DNA of 64,000 nucleotides from a virus. Lineage: Duplodnaviria; Heunggongvirae; Uroviricota; Caudoviricetes. Shown here piece after piece: positions 18,493 through 27,459 of the stretch. The notes under the pieces are model-generated. The model was given only the letters and a program-made list of their open reading frames with translations. It was not told the DNA's origin and did not search any database. The number at the start of each line of letters is the position of its first letter. Positions within the stretch are counted from its first letter, which is position 1. The stretch lies in the IMG/VR virus record IMGVR_UViG_3300010403_000021, positions 1 through 64,000 of that record; one strand, 5' to 3'. The translations under genes and the position numbers were made by a program.

Positions 18493-18589
18493 GGAAGAAT
18501 GGCAACTGAGGGAATGTTGCACCCTGCCGGTAAGTCAGGGATTGATTGGACGCAATCATAAAACGTAGGTTCGAGTCCTCCTTCTTCCA
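18493..18589 (+). tRNA. type II tRNA-like gene (97 nt) with an apparent 9-nt anticodon loop CCGGTAAGT; isotype unassigned
   Basis: perfect acceptor GGAAGAA/TTCTTCC, D-stem GCAA/TTGC, anticodon stem CCCTG/CAGGG, variable-arm hairpin GATTG-GACG-CAATC, T-arm GTAGGTTCGAGTCCTCC. Confidence 0.4.
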
Positions 18590-18612
18590 CTTCATATAAT
18601 GAAAGGTATAAA

Positions 18613-18840
18613 ATGATTACTGTCAGAGAACTAATTGAACAGCTTCAGGTTCTACCGCCGGAAACAACAGTATGGGTTGCAACTGATAATGAAGGTAATG
18701 ATTACAGTGCTCTTCATCAGGTGGCAATGATGGATACATTTGAAACAGAAGAATACGACGATGTTATTGAAAAGTGGTACAAAGATGTATTCAAACGTCT
18801 AGGTGACGAAGAAGTCGTAATGCTTTGGCCGGTGAACTGA
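18613..18840 (+). CDS. hypothetical protein
   Basis: ORF. Confidence 0.35.
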   Translation: MITVRELIEQLQVLPPETTVWVATDNEGNDYSALHQVAMMDTFETEEYDDVIEKWYKDVFKRLGDEEVVMLWPVN

Positions 18841-19127
18841 TGCTTGATCCCAATGATAATATGATTTTTACGGTTGAAGATTTTCGAGGTATTACCGTAA
18901 AGATTGGTGATTTGATCGCTCGTGGTTTTGTTGTGGGTCGTAGTGCACATACCAGAATTGGTAAAGTATTACAGTTCAAGCGAATTCCGCAGGATTATGG
19001 GAAACCAAATTACTATGTCCAAGTTGATTGGATTATGGGAGAAGGATGGGGAATGCCAGCTAAACCAACACTTATTTTTGTACACCCATCAAAAAATAAT
19101 GATTTCTTTATCGTAGACCTACCTTGA
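18825..19127 (+). CDS. hypothetical protein
   Basis: ORF overlapping previous stop. Confidence 0.35.
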   Translation: MAGELMLDPNDNMIFTVEDFRGITVKIGDLIARGFVVGRSAHTRIGKVLQFKRIPQDYGKPNYYVQVDWIMGEGWGMPAKPTLIFVHPSKNNDFFIVDLP

Positions 19128-19131
19128 GGTA

Positions 19132-19641
19132 ATGATGACTGATTATATTGATATGTACTATAAGCCCAGCCCAGGTGATAAAACAACCAAACGTCAATAT
19201 GTTGAAGTGAGACGTAGTCGTGCTAGATATGGACTACACTATACTGATACATGGTCACTTGATCATTATTTAGCTATTGTCATTTCTAATTCATTGAAGA
19301 TGCTTGCTGAACATTCTATTTCTTTTCCCGGCGTTGAACCGTTTGAAGATCCTGACGATTGGGTATCAGCACTACTGTATCACTCTGAAAGCTTCAAACT
19401 TTATGCTGAACGTGGCAAGTTTGAGACTGAATCTCATGGTGATTATGAATGGCCTGAACATGATTGGGATGATTATTTTCGAGAAGAAGATGGTCATACA
19501 TATTGGAATCTTCCTGAAGATGAAGAAGAACCAATGCGTTTATGGTCTGAAAAATGCCGGGAGAATGAAGTAGTCACCAAAGAACGTATCGATGAATCCC
19601 TTGACTTTCTAAAAGAATGGTGGGAGGCACTATGGGACTAG
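19132..19641 (+). CDS. acidic hypothetical protein
   Basis: ORF, D/E/W-rich. Confidence 0.4.
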   Translation: MMTDYIDMYYKPSPGDKTTKRQYVEVRRSRARYGLHYTDTWSLDHYLAIVISNSLKMLAEHSISFPGVEPFEDPDDWVSALLYHSESFKLYAERGKFETESHGDYEWPEHDWDDYFREEDGHTYWNLPEDEEEPMRLWSEKCRENEVVTKERIDESLDFLKEWWEALWD

Positions 19642-19868
19642 ATCATACAAGATATATTGTCTTTCTTAAGAGTGCTATTTTTTATCAAAACGCTAATCCA
19701 GGCCAAAGAATTGGTCAAGCATACTATAACTGTTTTAGGATTATGTGGCCTGGATTTGAACGTGAAGTTGTGAACACAGAATTTGATTGTTTTAATGATG
19801 ATAATAAGCTACCAGGCTTCCTCACATGGGTACAAGCCAAGCTTGACATACTTGATGCTGGACTGTAG
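19617..19868 (+). CDS. hypothetical protein
   Basis: ORF. Confidence 0.35.
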   Translation: MVGGTMGLDHTRYIVFLKSAIFYQNANPGQRIGQAYYNCFRIMWPGFEREVVNTEFDCFNDDNKLPGFLTWVQAKLDILDAGL

Positions 19869-20002
19869 AATTAAGTCATCGCCAGGAGGTGACTTAAATG
19901 GTTCTTAAGCTAAAAGCTTTAGTTGCCAAGATTAAAGCTAATCTCCCATTGATTAAAATTCTTTGGCAAAATCGTAAACGTAAGTCGTAATAAATAGCCC
20001 GA

Positions 20003-20073
20003 AAGGGCCTTAGGAGCGAGCCAACGGATAGGCATTTTCTCTCCAAAAGAAAACGAAATACGGTTCGACTCCG
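20003..20073 (+). tRNA. tRNA-Trp (anticodon CCA)
   Basis: perfect acceptor AGGAGCG/CGCTCCT, perfect anticodon stem TTTCT/AGAAA loop CTCCAAA, T-arm TACGGTTCGACTCCGTA. Confidence 0.75.
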
Positions 20074-20111
20074 TACGCTCCTGCTCTAATAAAACAACAG
20101 AATGGGTTACA

Positions 20112-20363
20112 ATGAATAAGCGTCCACTTGCTGTTATTGGTGTCTGTGTCGCAGCTCTACTTATTGGTCTAATGCTTAGTGCATGTTCGGCAGTTGCACC
20201 TCGTTCAAGGGCTATGTGCGCGGTAGAAGAAGTAGAAACTGAAGTAAAGAATGGCGTAAGGCGTTTTGAAGTAGATTTCAAGAATGGTAAAGAGCAGGTC
20301 ATTAGTGAAATTCAATACAACGTATGGAAGCGCAATCTTCCTGCGACTCTACCATGTCCTTGA
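20112..20363 (+). CDS. putative lipoprotein (signal peptide + lipobox LSAC)
   Basis: MNKRPLAVIGVCVAALLIGLMLSAC. Confidence 0.4.
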   Translation: MNKRPLAVIGVCVAALLIGLMLSACSAVAPRSRAMCAVEEVETEVKNGVRRFEVDFKNGKEQVISEIQYNVWKRNLPATLPCP

Positions 20364-20388
20364 CAGTCAGATCGTCACATGCTAGACT
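20360..20388 (+). promoter_or_regulatory. promoter copy 5: TTGACA-N17-TAGACT, just upstream of tRNA-Ala/Pro
   Basis: exact consensus. Confidence 0.5.
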
Positions 20389-20413
20389 AGCTGTACCGCC
20401 CGAAAGGGTATTG

Positions 20414-20484
20414 GGGTTAAGGTGTTAAGGGTTGCACAATTCTTTTGCAAGGAATAGGATAGGGTTCGACTCCCTATAGCTCCA
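20414..20484 (+). tRNA. tRNA-Ala (anticodon TGC) with G3:U70
   Basis: acceptor GGGGTTA/TAGCTCC including the Ala identity G3-U70; anticodon loop TTTGCAA; T-arm TAGGGTTCGACTCCCTA. Confidence 0.65.
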
Positions 20485-20549
20485 CTTTAAGGTATTAGTC
20501 CTCATCTAATACATCGATTGGCTTACTGTTAGAGTAGACCTTTAAGCGT

Positions 20550-20620
20550 GAATCGAAATCTGGGTGTAGTGAAATGGTATAATGCTAGTTTTGGGAACTA
20601 GTGACGGGAGTTCGATTCTC
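20550..20620 (+). tRNA. tRNA-Pro (anticodon TGG)
   Basis: perfect anticodon stem CTAGT/ACTAG loop TTTGGGA, T-arm GGGAGTTCGATTCTCCC; acceptor with two wobbles, weak D-stem. Confidence 0.5.
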
Positions 20621-20649
20621 CCCATCCGGACTCACAAAAGGAGTTTATA

Positions 20650-20865
20650 ATGTTTGATAAACTTTTAGGTCGTAAGACGCGTTGGAACTGGGGTAAAAAC
20701 TCCAAAAATGAACTTCGACTAATTGAAAAACGTCAATTTATAAGAGACACATTTGAAGAGCTTGCTCAAGATAAAGACGAACAATTAGCCGATGAACAGG
20801 ATAGAATATATCAAGAATGGCTGTCTAATCACTGGGCATTCAAAATGTTAAATGATAGTAACTAG
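20650..20865 (+). CDS. hypothetical protein
   Basis: ORF with SD AAGGAG. Confidence 0.4.
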   Translation: MFDKLLGRKTRWNWGKNSKNELRLIEKRQFIRDTFEELAQDKDEQLADEQDRIYQEWLSNHWAFKMLNDSN

Positions 20866-20938
20866 CTGTAGGGAAGCTTGGTCATCCCACTACATTTGGA
20901 TTGTAGAAAGCGCAAGTTCGAATCTTGCCAGCTAGACG
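20865..20938 (+). tRNA. tRNA-Pro (anticodon TGG), second copy
   Basis: perfect acceptor CTAGCTG/CAGCTAG, D-stem GGGA/TCCC, anticodon stem CTACA/TGTAG loop TTTGGAT, T-arm GCAAGTTCGAATCTTGC. Confidence 0.6.
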
Positions 20939-21126
20939 TGTCAACCAAACATAAAGGTAATGGACCATTTGGTATAAAAATAGTATATCAAAATGGGGAT
21001 ATTGTGTATATGTGGAATAAAGATGAATCAAAAAGAGATTCTGAATATGCATATGCATTGAAATCGAAAGCTACTAGAGTAGCCGCCGGGGTGCAAAATC
21101 ATCAAGTGACAAAAGTAAACAGATAA
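20936..21126 (+). CDS. small protein with GNGPFGIKI motif (paralogue of 4380-4541); start uncertain (possible GTG overlapping tRNA end)
   Basis: shared G.G.FGIKI..Q motif; track ORF start lies inside tRNA. Confidence 0.3.
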
Positions 21127-21160
21127 AACTAATATATCCAATAGCAACCAAAGGACAGAA

Positions 21161-21343
21161 ATGGAAAACGTCAAGGCTTATGCAATCAAGGGAGCCATCT
21201 GGGTCGGCGTGATTGCATTAGGTTTATTAGTTTTTGTGGGGCAGCAAGAGGCGACAGATTTTCTTATGTGGGTAGTTACTACAATCAAGGAACTATTCAT
21301 TGGAATTAAGACAGTCATCATCAATGTAAAGAATGGTGTTTAG
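21161..21343 (+). CDS. small membrane protein (60 aa)
   Basis: two hydrophobic helices. Confidence 0.4.
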   Translation: MENVKAYAIKGAIWVGVIALGLLVFVGQQEATDFLMWVVTTIKELFIGIKTVIINVKNGV

Positions 21344-21385
21344 AATTGACATCCCTTGATCTAGGATGTAAAATAAAAGATCAAG

Positions 21386-21456
21386 GCTGGCTTAGTTTAG
21401 AGGTAAAATAATTGGCTTCCACCCAATAGTCAAGGGTTCAATTCCCTTAGCCCGCA
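21386..21456 (+). tRNA. tRNA-Gly (anticodon TCC)
   Basis: perfect anticodon stem ATTGG/CCAAT loop CTTCCAC, T-arm AAGGGTTCAATTCCCTT; acceptor 6/7 with one mismatch. Confidence 0.5.
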
Positions 21457-21493
21457 CTACCCTTGGTGTTCGTAATTGTCCACCTTGGGCCAA

Positions 21494-21564
21494 GCGAATA
21501 TGATGTAGTGGTAGCCTTTAACCTTGCCAAGGTTGGTGTGCGGGTTCGATTCCCGCTATTCGCT
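21494..21564 (+). tRNA. tRNA-Gly (anticodon GCC)
   Basis: perfect acceptor GCGAATA/TATTCGC, T-arm GCGGGTTCGATTCCCGC, anticodon loop TTGCCAA. Confidence 0.65.
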
Positions 21565-21580
21565 CATAAGGAGTTAAATA

Positions 21581-21799
21581 ATGCGTAAAACGCATAGGTT
21601 TGAATCAATAAAAAGTGCTATTTGTAAGAAGTGTAGAAGAAAAGATTTTATAGAAGAGAAATGCAAGGATGATGGATGCGTTTTTGTTCAGACTAGAAGT
21701 ATTCCATGTAAATGTGCAGAGAAACATCGTAGACAATTAATCAAGGATGCCAATAAGGCAGATAGCTACAAGAGGTCGACGTGGCGCGGTATGAAGTAA
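21581..21799 (+). CDS. Cys-rich (Zn-finger-like) small basic protein
   Basis: CKKC...C.DDGC...CKC pattern; SD AAGGAG. Confidence 0.4.
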   Translation: MRKTHRFESIKSAICKKCRRKDFIEEKCKDDGCVFVQTRSIPCKCAEKHRRQLIKDANKADSYKRSTWRGMK

Positions 21800-22023
21800 A
21801 GAAAAGATCAAATGAAGACTTTGTAAAAAGTAAATACAGAAATAAACCATATGCTGAACATTGTTTTGGTGTGTGGGATCGTGTTAATAACCATTGGATC
21901 ATTGGTTATGATTTCAGATCAAAATCGGCTTGTAATGCAATGTGTGACATTCTTAATTTAAGAGAGAGTTCTCTACGGCCGGGTAGAAAACGCGTAAATG
22001 GTAAAGGATCTGATTTTCAATGA
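21781..22023 (+). CDS. small protein, RYxVKKR...FGVWD family (paralogues at 23319 and 24067)
   Basis: shared RY.VK.R...FG(V/I)WD motif in three ORFs. Confidence 0.4.
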   Translation: MARYEVKKRSNEDFVKSKYRNKPYAEHCFGVWDRVNNHWIIGYDFRSKSACNAMCDILNLRESSLRPGRKRVNGKGSDFQ

Positions 22024-22175
22024 GACCATATCAAGTATTGCCTTGTCAGCTAGATAAGATAGCAATTTATAACTTCAAAAGTAAGAAATTTGTAACACCG
22101 CCGATTAGAAATACAGTCTCGAATAGAGAAATTCTTAGACAGCAATGTGATAAAATGAATAAAGCCTCTAAATGA
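22020..22175 (+). CDS. small hypothetical protein (51 aa)
   Basis: ATG overlaps previous stop; not in track. Confidence 0.3.
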   Translation: MRPYQVLPCQLDKIAIYNFKSKKFVTPPIRNTVSNREILRQQCDKMNKASK

Positions 22176-22181
22176 GGTCAA

Positions 22182-22250
22182 GGCGGAGGGATTGGTATCC
22201 AACTAAGATTCATATCCTTGGTTTTGTGAGTTCGACTCTCACCTTCGCTA
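22182..22250 (+). ncRNA. tRNA-like element (T-arm GTGAGTTCGACTCTCAC, acceptor-like GGCGGAG/CTTCGCT with two G-U); anticodon arm not canonical
   Basis: T-loop consensus and acceptor pairing present, D/anticodon arms could not be folded canonically. Confidence 0.3.
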
Positions 22251-22355
22251 CGTACGGTTTGCTAGGTTGACAGTAAAACCGCTGATTGATAAGCTTACAT
22301 CACTGCCCTAGGGCGGCAATCAAAATCCTAGCACTAAAACTACAATGGAGTTGAT

Positions 22356-22529
22356 ATGGATCAACGATCTAGAAATCGTATTCGTGAACATGGCTCACAT
22401 TGGATTGAAATAGAAGAAAGAAATAATGTATTGTGTCTTGGTGGTCCTGCTATTCTGATGAAATGCCAAGGCAAATGTAATTGGTTTGGTTGGATTAAAA
22501 CTGAGGCACTGAGGAGTACTAATGTCTAA
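22356..22529 (+). CDS. small Cys-containing hypothetical protein (57 aa)
   Basis: SD GGAG; not in track. Confidence 0.3.
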   Translation: MDQRSRNRIREHGSHWIEIEERNNVLCLGGPAILMKCQGKCNWFGWIKTEALRSTNV

Positions 22530-22725
22530 ATGGCATGAAAAGATTGCTAAAGAGCTTGGTTCTCATCATAGTGATACACAGGCTGTTGTTCGTTCAGGAA
22601 AACGCGGTGCGAAGAAACGTACTAATAGACTTGAACGTAGGATATCAAAGCTACAAGCAAGAGCTATGGAGTCTTTGACTGAAGAACGAAAGAAGCAAGC
22701 TTTTATGCTATTGGATGATATGTAA
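22522..22725 (+). CDS. small basic hypothetical protein
   Basis: ORF. Confidence 0.35.
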   Translation: MSKWHEKIAKELGSHHSDTQAVVRSGKRGAKKRTNRLERRISKLQARAMESLTEERKKQAFMLLDDM

Positions 22726-22865
22726 TGGCAAGAATGATTAATAGAATTCAATGCGCTAACAACGAATGCATCAAGCGTTGTGGTCATTGCTTTTCTTACA
22801 GAAACAAAAGAGTAAAGAGTGGTATTAGGTCACTCGAAAAGAAGCAATGGCTTAGAGAAATCTAA
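22725..22865 (+). CDS. small Cys-rich hypothetical protein (46 aa)
   Basis: abutting ATG; not in track. Confidence 0.25.
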   Translation: MARMINRIQCANNECIKRCGHCFSYRNKRVKSGIRSLEKKQWLREI

Positions 22866-22890
22866 GCTTTGGCCACTTAAATGTTAATGG

Positions 22891-23220
22891 ATGCATAGAA
22901 GACTGAAAATCTTCAAGTCAGGGATCGTTACCCTGGGGTGGCACGTGAAATATTATTTGTTTAATTATAGTCAAGGTGTTATAACCGGGATATATACTTC
23001 AAGTGAATTACCCTCAAATGTACCAGATTCAAACTGCTATCAAAAAGATTTTGATATAGAATTTAAATATTTTGATATGAACATTTTTAATGCATATGTT
23101 TGGCTAGGAAAAGATGGAACACCAAGCATTGTATGGGTAACAGAATATGAAATGAAAAGACGTGAAGCCGACAGAGATGAACGGTTGGCTAAACATAAAG
23201 ATAATGAAGATGCTTGGTAA
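22891..23220 (+). CDS. hypothetical protein
   Basis: ORF. Confidence 0.4.
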   Translation: MHRRLKIFKSGIVTLGWHVKYYLFNYSQGVITGIYTSSELPSNVPDSNCYQKDFDIEFKYFDMNIFNAYVWLGKDGTPSIVWVTEYEMKRREADRDERLAKHKDNEDAW

Positions 23221-23318
23221 GCTAGGCTGGTTTGGTCAATGCTCTTGTTGTAATGGTCCTAGATCAAAACATCAAATGAAACGTCTTGAGAAGCGTTTGT
23301 GGAAAAGAGAATATAATG

Positions 23319-23492
23319 TCAGATAATTTTTCAGGCAATCTTGCAATTGGTAAAGATCGTTATGTAGCAAGACCCCATGAAGACAAATGGGGAGTATATG
23401 ATAATGTAAATAAGTGTTTTACCAAAACTGGTCTTACAAAAGCTTCAGCTTTAGCAGAAGTAGATAGACTAAAGACCAGACATAGAAAATAG
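23319..23492 (+). CDS. small protein, RYV...WGVYD family paralogue
   Basis: internal ATG of track ORF 23286; family motif. Confidence 0.35.
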   Translation, partial: SDNFSGNLAIGKDRYVARPHEDKWGVYDNVNKCFTKTGLTKASALAEVDRLKTRHRK

Positions 23493-23498
23493 TTTTGG

Positions 23499-23572
23499 AG
23501 CGGGGTGGTGCAGTTTGGTAGCTCAGCGGGTTCATATCCCGAAGGTCGAAGGTTCAAATCCTTCCCCCGCTA
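23499..23572 (+). tRNA. tRNA-Met/Ile2 (anticodon CAT)
   Basis: perfect acceptor AGCGGGG/CCCCGCT, T-arm GAAGGTTCAAATCCTTC, anticodon loop TTCATAT. Confidence 0.6.
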
Positions 23573-23587
23573 TTTTAAGGAGTTAAA

Positions 23588-23875
23588 ATGCATAGACCAA
23601 TTTATCATAATGATCAGCCATATATGGCTAAAGCAGAAATATGTAAAGAATGTAGTCACGATGATGTTTTAGTTCCAGTAAGTTTTTGCCCGGAAGCAAT
23701 GAGATATCTAGAGGCTGATGAAAGACTAGATGATCTAATCGCTGCTTGGCACGCCGGTGCAGAACCAATGAAGCAATTACATGAGTATTTAGGTTGGACC
23801 ATACTGGAATATACATATTGGGTTGTGACTTCGGAACTTCCACAACATTTTATAGATGAACGATTTAAGGATTAA
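23588..23875 (+). CDS. hypothetical protein
   Basis: ORF with SD AAGGAG. Confidence 0.4.
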   Translation: MHRPIYHNDQPYMAKAEICKECSHDDVLVPVSFCPEAMRYLEADERLDDLIAAWHAGAEPMKQLHEYLGWTILEYTYWVVTSELPQHFIDERFKD

Positions 23876-24065
23876 AATGATTTATACAGTAGAGCTTCGT
23901 GATGTAAAAGATAAATCTCTAATTTATGCTGATGAACTAGAGACAGAAATTGCTCTGAATGAACAACAAATTGCTGACTTCGCTCACCGAGTGATCACGG
24001 ACTATGACCTTGACACACACGGGCCTGACGACTACACTGTAACTCTACGGCTTGATAAGGACTAA
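23856..24065 (+). CDS. hypothetical protein
   Basis: ORF. Confidence 0.35.
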   Translation: MNDLRIKMIYTVELRDVKDKSLIYADELETEIALNEQQIADFAHRVITDYDLDTHGPDDYTVTLRLDKD

Positions 24066-24066
24066 G

Positions 24067-24246
24067 ATGTCTGATAGATATATAGTCAAGCGCCGCAGTG
24101 GTAAAACAAATTCCGGCGGAAATATTTATGGCTTTGGTATCTGGGACAGTCATAAAAAGAAGTGGGCAGTTTCAGATGTTGTTTCCACTACAAGACAAGC
24201 ACAAGCCAAAGCCGATGATATGAATGAACTAGCTAGATATGTTTAG
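24067..24246 (+). CDS. small protein, RYIVKRR...FGIWD family paralogue
   Basis: internal ATG of track ORF 24052; family motif. Confidence 0.35.
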   Translation: MSDRYIVKRRSGKTNSGGNIYGFGIWDSHKKKWAVSDVVSTTRQAQAKADDMNELARYV

Positions 24247-24282
24247 CCCAAAATAGAAGAATTATAACGAGGGGATTTTATA

Positions 24283-24588
24283 ATGGGTTTGTTTAAGGAT
24301 AAGGCAGCAGCATCACTAACGTGGTCAGTGTCTAAGATCAAAGACAAGAGTATGCAGCAGTACTATAAGCAAAAGGGCAAAATCCGTAAGGGTGTATGTC
24401 CTGAATGTGGAAATCCTATTAGTAAGGATGGCTATATTCATGATAAGTGTATTAGGGCGGCTAAGAGTGCTGTTGCTAGTATGACTTCTTCGCATAATAT
24501 TCGTAACACAGTACACTGTCAAACTTGTGGTACTAATATCAATACTACGCATTCATGGAACCGCCCTAATTGCTGCAAGAACGAGTAA
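24283..24588 (+). CDS. Cys-rich Zn-finger-like protein
   Basis: CPECGNPI...CQTCGTNI. Confidence 0.4.
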   Translation: MGLFKDKAAASLTWSVSKIKDKSMQQYYKQKGKIRKGVCPECGNPISKDGYIHDKCIRAAKSAVASMTSSHNIRNTVHCQTCGTNINTTHSWNRPNCCKNE

Positions 24589-24611
24589 TTAATTTATAGT
24601 ATAATGGTTGT

Positions 24612-24760
24612 GGGTGACTGAAGTGGAACCCTCACATAAACTTATGGACCGATAAAAATTGTTTATCCTACACAACCTGCGGGTTATGGGTTCGAATCCC
24701 ATCTTGTAGCTCAAGTGGCAGAGCAGCAGTCAAAACAAACGATTTTAACCCACATGTCCA
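24612..24760 (+). other. degenerate tRNA-like region: canonical T-arm ATGGGTTCGAATCCCAT (24686-24702) and a D-arm-like TAGCTCAAGTGGCAGAGC (24707-24724) without completable cloverleaves
   Basis: motifs seen; acceptor/anticodon stems could not be paired; ORF-free. Confidence 0.25.
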
Positions 24761-24766
24761 TATTAA

Positions 24767-24838
24767 TGCCCAATGGTGTAACTGGCAGCACGACGGTCTC
24801 TGAAATCGTTAGTCCAGATTCGAATTCTGGTTGGGCAG
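24767..24838 (+). tRNA. tRNA-Gln (anticodon CTG)
   Basis: perfect acceptor TGCCCAA/TTGGGCA, anticodon stem ACGGT/ATCGT loop CTCTGAA, T-arm CCAGATTCGAATTCTGG. Confidence 0.65.
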
Positions 24839-24865
24839 CAAGTTTAATTATAGGATAAGATATAA

Positions 24866-25027
24866 TGAGCGAAAAAGAACTTCGTAAAATTAATAAAATT
24901 ATAGCTGCTATTAAAATTTCTTTACGTAATAGTAAGGATGAAGAAGCTAATAAAAGAAATAATAAAAGACTTGCTGAGCTTGAAGCTCAGAAGGCCAGGA
25001 TTATACAAAACCGACATCCTGATTAGC
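24866..25027 (+). CDS. small coiled-coil protein (53 aa)
   Basis: not in track. Confidence 0.25.
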
Positions 25028-25044
25028 TTAAAAATGGAGACTTT

Positions 25045-25338
25045 ATGAATAATAAACAAAGAGTTGAAAACATTGAATACAGAATAACACAGACGAAAAA
25101 GCTCTTAAACAGTAGCGATAAGAAATCAGAAGCATATAAGGCTGTTAAGAAAGATTTACAAGGACTTGATGCCAGTTTGAGGGTAGCAAAGAGTAGTCTA
25201 AAGAAAGAAATCGATAATCTTAAGAAAACAATCAAGTTGGTTAAAATGCAGTTGAGAACTAGTCCTCATCCAGAACTAAAGCTTAAATGTCAAAAAGAAA
25301 TTGAACGTCTTCAGAATCAATTGAACAAACTACAATAA
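25045..25338 (+). CDS. coiled-coil K/E-rich protein
   Basis: ORF. Confidence 0.4.
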   Translation: MNNKQRVENIEYRITQTKKLLNSSDKKSEAYKAVKKDLQGLDASLRVAKSSLKKEIDNLKKTIKLVKMQLRTSPHPELKLKCQKEIERLQNQLNKLQ

Positions 25339-25355
25339 TAGCCCGAAAGGGTTAA

Positions 25356-25428
25356 TTCCGGATGTACGTTGGCGTGCAACCCATACTTTGAATATGGGCC
25401 ATCAAAGGTTCGATTCCTTTTCCGGAAG
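25356..25428 (+). tRNA. tRNA-Gln (anticodon TTG)
   Basis: perfect acceptor TTCCGGA/TCCGGAA, 6-bp anticodon stem CCCATA/TATGGG loop CTTTGAA, T-arm AAAGGTTCGATTCCTTT. Confidence 0.65.
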
Positions 25429-25484
25429 CTTAATGGATTATTCATTAACACTATGTTATAATCTAACGTAGGTGAATATGAATA

Positions 25485-27158
25485 ATGGCAACTAAATACG
25501 AAAGATTTCTTAGATATCACGATATTGATATCCAGGCTATAGAACAAGCAACTATAGATCACGCAAATCTGGCCGGGTTGGAAGATGTCAATGCTGTAGG
25601 TGCTACAACAGGTCAAGTATTGACAAAGTTAATAGGTGGAACATATGGTTTCGCTACTCCTGCTGCTGGTGATGCTTATACTAAAGCAGAAACAGATGAT
25701 CTATTAGATCTTAAAGTTGATTCAACACTTTTAGGTGCTAATTCCGGTGTTGCTCAATTGGATTCCGGCGGCCAACTGCCATCGGCTCAATTAACAACAC
25801 ACAATCATGATACGCTTTACTATACAAAGTCACAGGTTGACACATCTTTAAGTGGTAAATCCAATACTGGACATACACACGCTATTTCAGATGTCACTGG
25901 TTTGACAACGGCATTAGCCGATAAACTTGATGATTCACAATTAGGTGCGGCAAGCGGTGTTGCCAGTCTTGATGGATCTGGTAAGATTCCTTTTGGTCAA
26001 ATACCAGTCGGTTCTACATCAAGCACTGTGACCGTAGGAAATGACTCTAGACTGTCAGATAGTCGTACCCCAACCGCTCACGCTAGCTCACATTTTACGG
26101 GCGGAGGCGACGCTCTTACGGCCGCTAATATAGGTGCTGTTGCTACATCAGCCGTAGCCGCTGCCAGTGGTGTTGCCAGTCTTGACGCCGGTACAAAGAT
26201 ACCAATTGCACAGGTTCCAACAGGAACATCAGGTTCAACAGTAGCATTAGGTAACCACACACATTCAATTTATCAGTTAACATCAGAAAAAGCAGCGGCA
26301 TCAGGTTATGCAAGCCTTGATTCTGGTGTAAAAGTTCCTATTGCACAATTACCTACAGGAACATCTTCAACAACTGTCGCCATTGGTAATGATTCACGTT
26401 TATCAGATGCCAGAACTCCAACAGCTCACGCATCATCACATTTATATACTGGCTCTGATGCCATTACTTTAACTGTTGCTGTTGCATCCGCTGCTGCAAG
26501 ACCAGTATCAGGTTTATACAATGGTTTTAGAATTTATAGAACAGATCGTAAATGGGTTGAAGTATATGATGGTTCATTATGGCGTGTTCAGGGTGTTGCT
26601 GTAGCTTCAGGTGCATCAGACTTGACAACTGCCGTTGACTCACCGTATGCTGGTCAACTAGCGTTTAGAACAGACGCCGGACAAGTCTATGAATATGATG
26701 GCTCTGTATGGTTGCCAGAGGGTCAAATTGCTGGTAGGATAGCAACTGGCGCAGGTTTTATTAACTCAGCCATCGCCGGTACAGAAACTAATATAGCCAA
26801 GATTGCCATAGAAAACTATCGTGTTACATCTGGTAGATTTTATGTACTTAATGTTAATATGTATGCAAACTTCTCAATTGTTGATGATTCATTCATAGTA
26901 AGAGTAAGAAAAGATACTGCTGTTTCCGGTACTATTGTTGCCGAATGGCCTTGGATTGTTGACGTAGCTGGTTATGATGATGCAAGATCATTCAGTCAGC
27001 CATATAAAGCAACAGCCAATGATACTGATGCTGATTATTATGTCAGCGTTCAAAGAGCAGCCGGTTCGGGAACATGTTCTGTTAATGGTGATAAGCGTAC
27101 ATCATTCTGGATTGATGATCGTGGTGCTGACACGGCAGTATGGTCTGAAGTCGCGTAG
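25485..27158 (+). CDS. tail fibre protein
   Basis: repeats HDTLYYTKSQVDT, GHTHAISDVTGL, multiple SGVASLD...KIP..Q(I/L)P repeats. Confidence 0.6.
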   Translation: MATKYERFLRYHDIDIQAIEQATIDHANLAGLEDVNAVGATTGQVLTKLIGGTYGFATPAAGDAYTKAETDDLLDLKVDSTLLGANSGVAQLDSGGQLPSAQLTTHNHDTLYYTKSQVDTSLSGKSNTGHTHAISDVTGLTTALADKLDDSQLGAASGVASLDGSGKIPFGQIPVGSTSSTVTVGNDSRLSDSRTPTAHASSHFTGGGDALTAANIGAVATSAVAAASGVASLDAGTKIPIAQVPTGTSGSTVALGNHTHSIYQLTSEKAAASGYASLDSGVKVPIAQLPTGTSSTTVAIGNDSRLSDARTPTAHASSHLYTGSDAITLTVAVASAAARPVSGLYNGFRIYRTDRKWVEVYDGSLWRVQGVAVASGASDLTTAVDSPYAGQLAFRTDAGQVYEYDGSVWLPEGQIAGRIATGAGFINSAIAGTETNIAKIAIENYRVTSGRFYVLNVNMYANFSIVDDSFIVRVRKDTAVSGTIVAEWPWIVDVAGYDDARSFSQPYKATANDTDADYYVSVQRAAGSGTCSVNGDKRTSFWIDDRGADTAVWSEVA

Positions 27159-27188
27159 TTGACATCGCTGCTAGCTACATGCTAGACT
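27159..27188 (+). promoter_or_regulatory. promoter copy 6: TTGACA-N18-TAGACT upstream of tRNA-Ile
   Basis: consensus with 18-nt spacer. Confidence 0.45.
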
Positions 27189-27199
27189 AGCAGCAACAA

Positions 27200-27271
27200 G
27201 CCTAGTTGGTCCAAGGGTTAAGACGGTTTTCTGATAAGAAACAAAAAGAGGTTCAACTCCTCTACTAGGTA
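27200..27271 (+). tRNA. tRNA-Ile (anticodon GAT)
   Basis: acceptor GCCTAGT/ACTAGGT (G1-U72), anticodon loop CTGATAA, T-arm AGAGGTTCAACTCCTCT. Confidence 0.65.
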
Positions 27272-27387
27272 CGATCTTTTCTTAACGTTGATAAAATGTT
27301 AAGAGGCTTTTAACAATGGCGAAAGTGTAGTCTAGAATGCATTTGATTGTTAACGGCTGGGGTTGGGAAAACTTCATTGATCGCCAA

Positions 27388-27459
27388 GCTCGGTTAGTTA
27401 AGAGGATATAATAACAGACTACGAATCTGTCGTCGGGGGTTCGATTCCCCCACTGAGCA
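27388..27459 (+). tRNA. tRNA-Arg (anticodon ACG)
   Basis: acceptor GCTCGGT/ACTGAGC, T-arm GGGGGTTCGATTCCCCC, anticodon loop CTACGAA. Confidence 0.65.

Noticed and set aside
25317-25616. 99-aa minus-strand ORF
   Set aside because: Overlaps tRNA-Gln(TTG) and the start of the tail-fibre gene on the + strand
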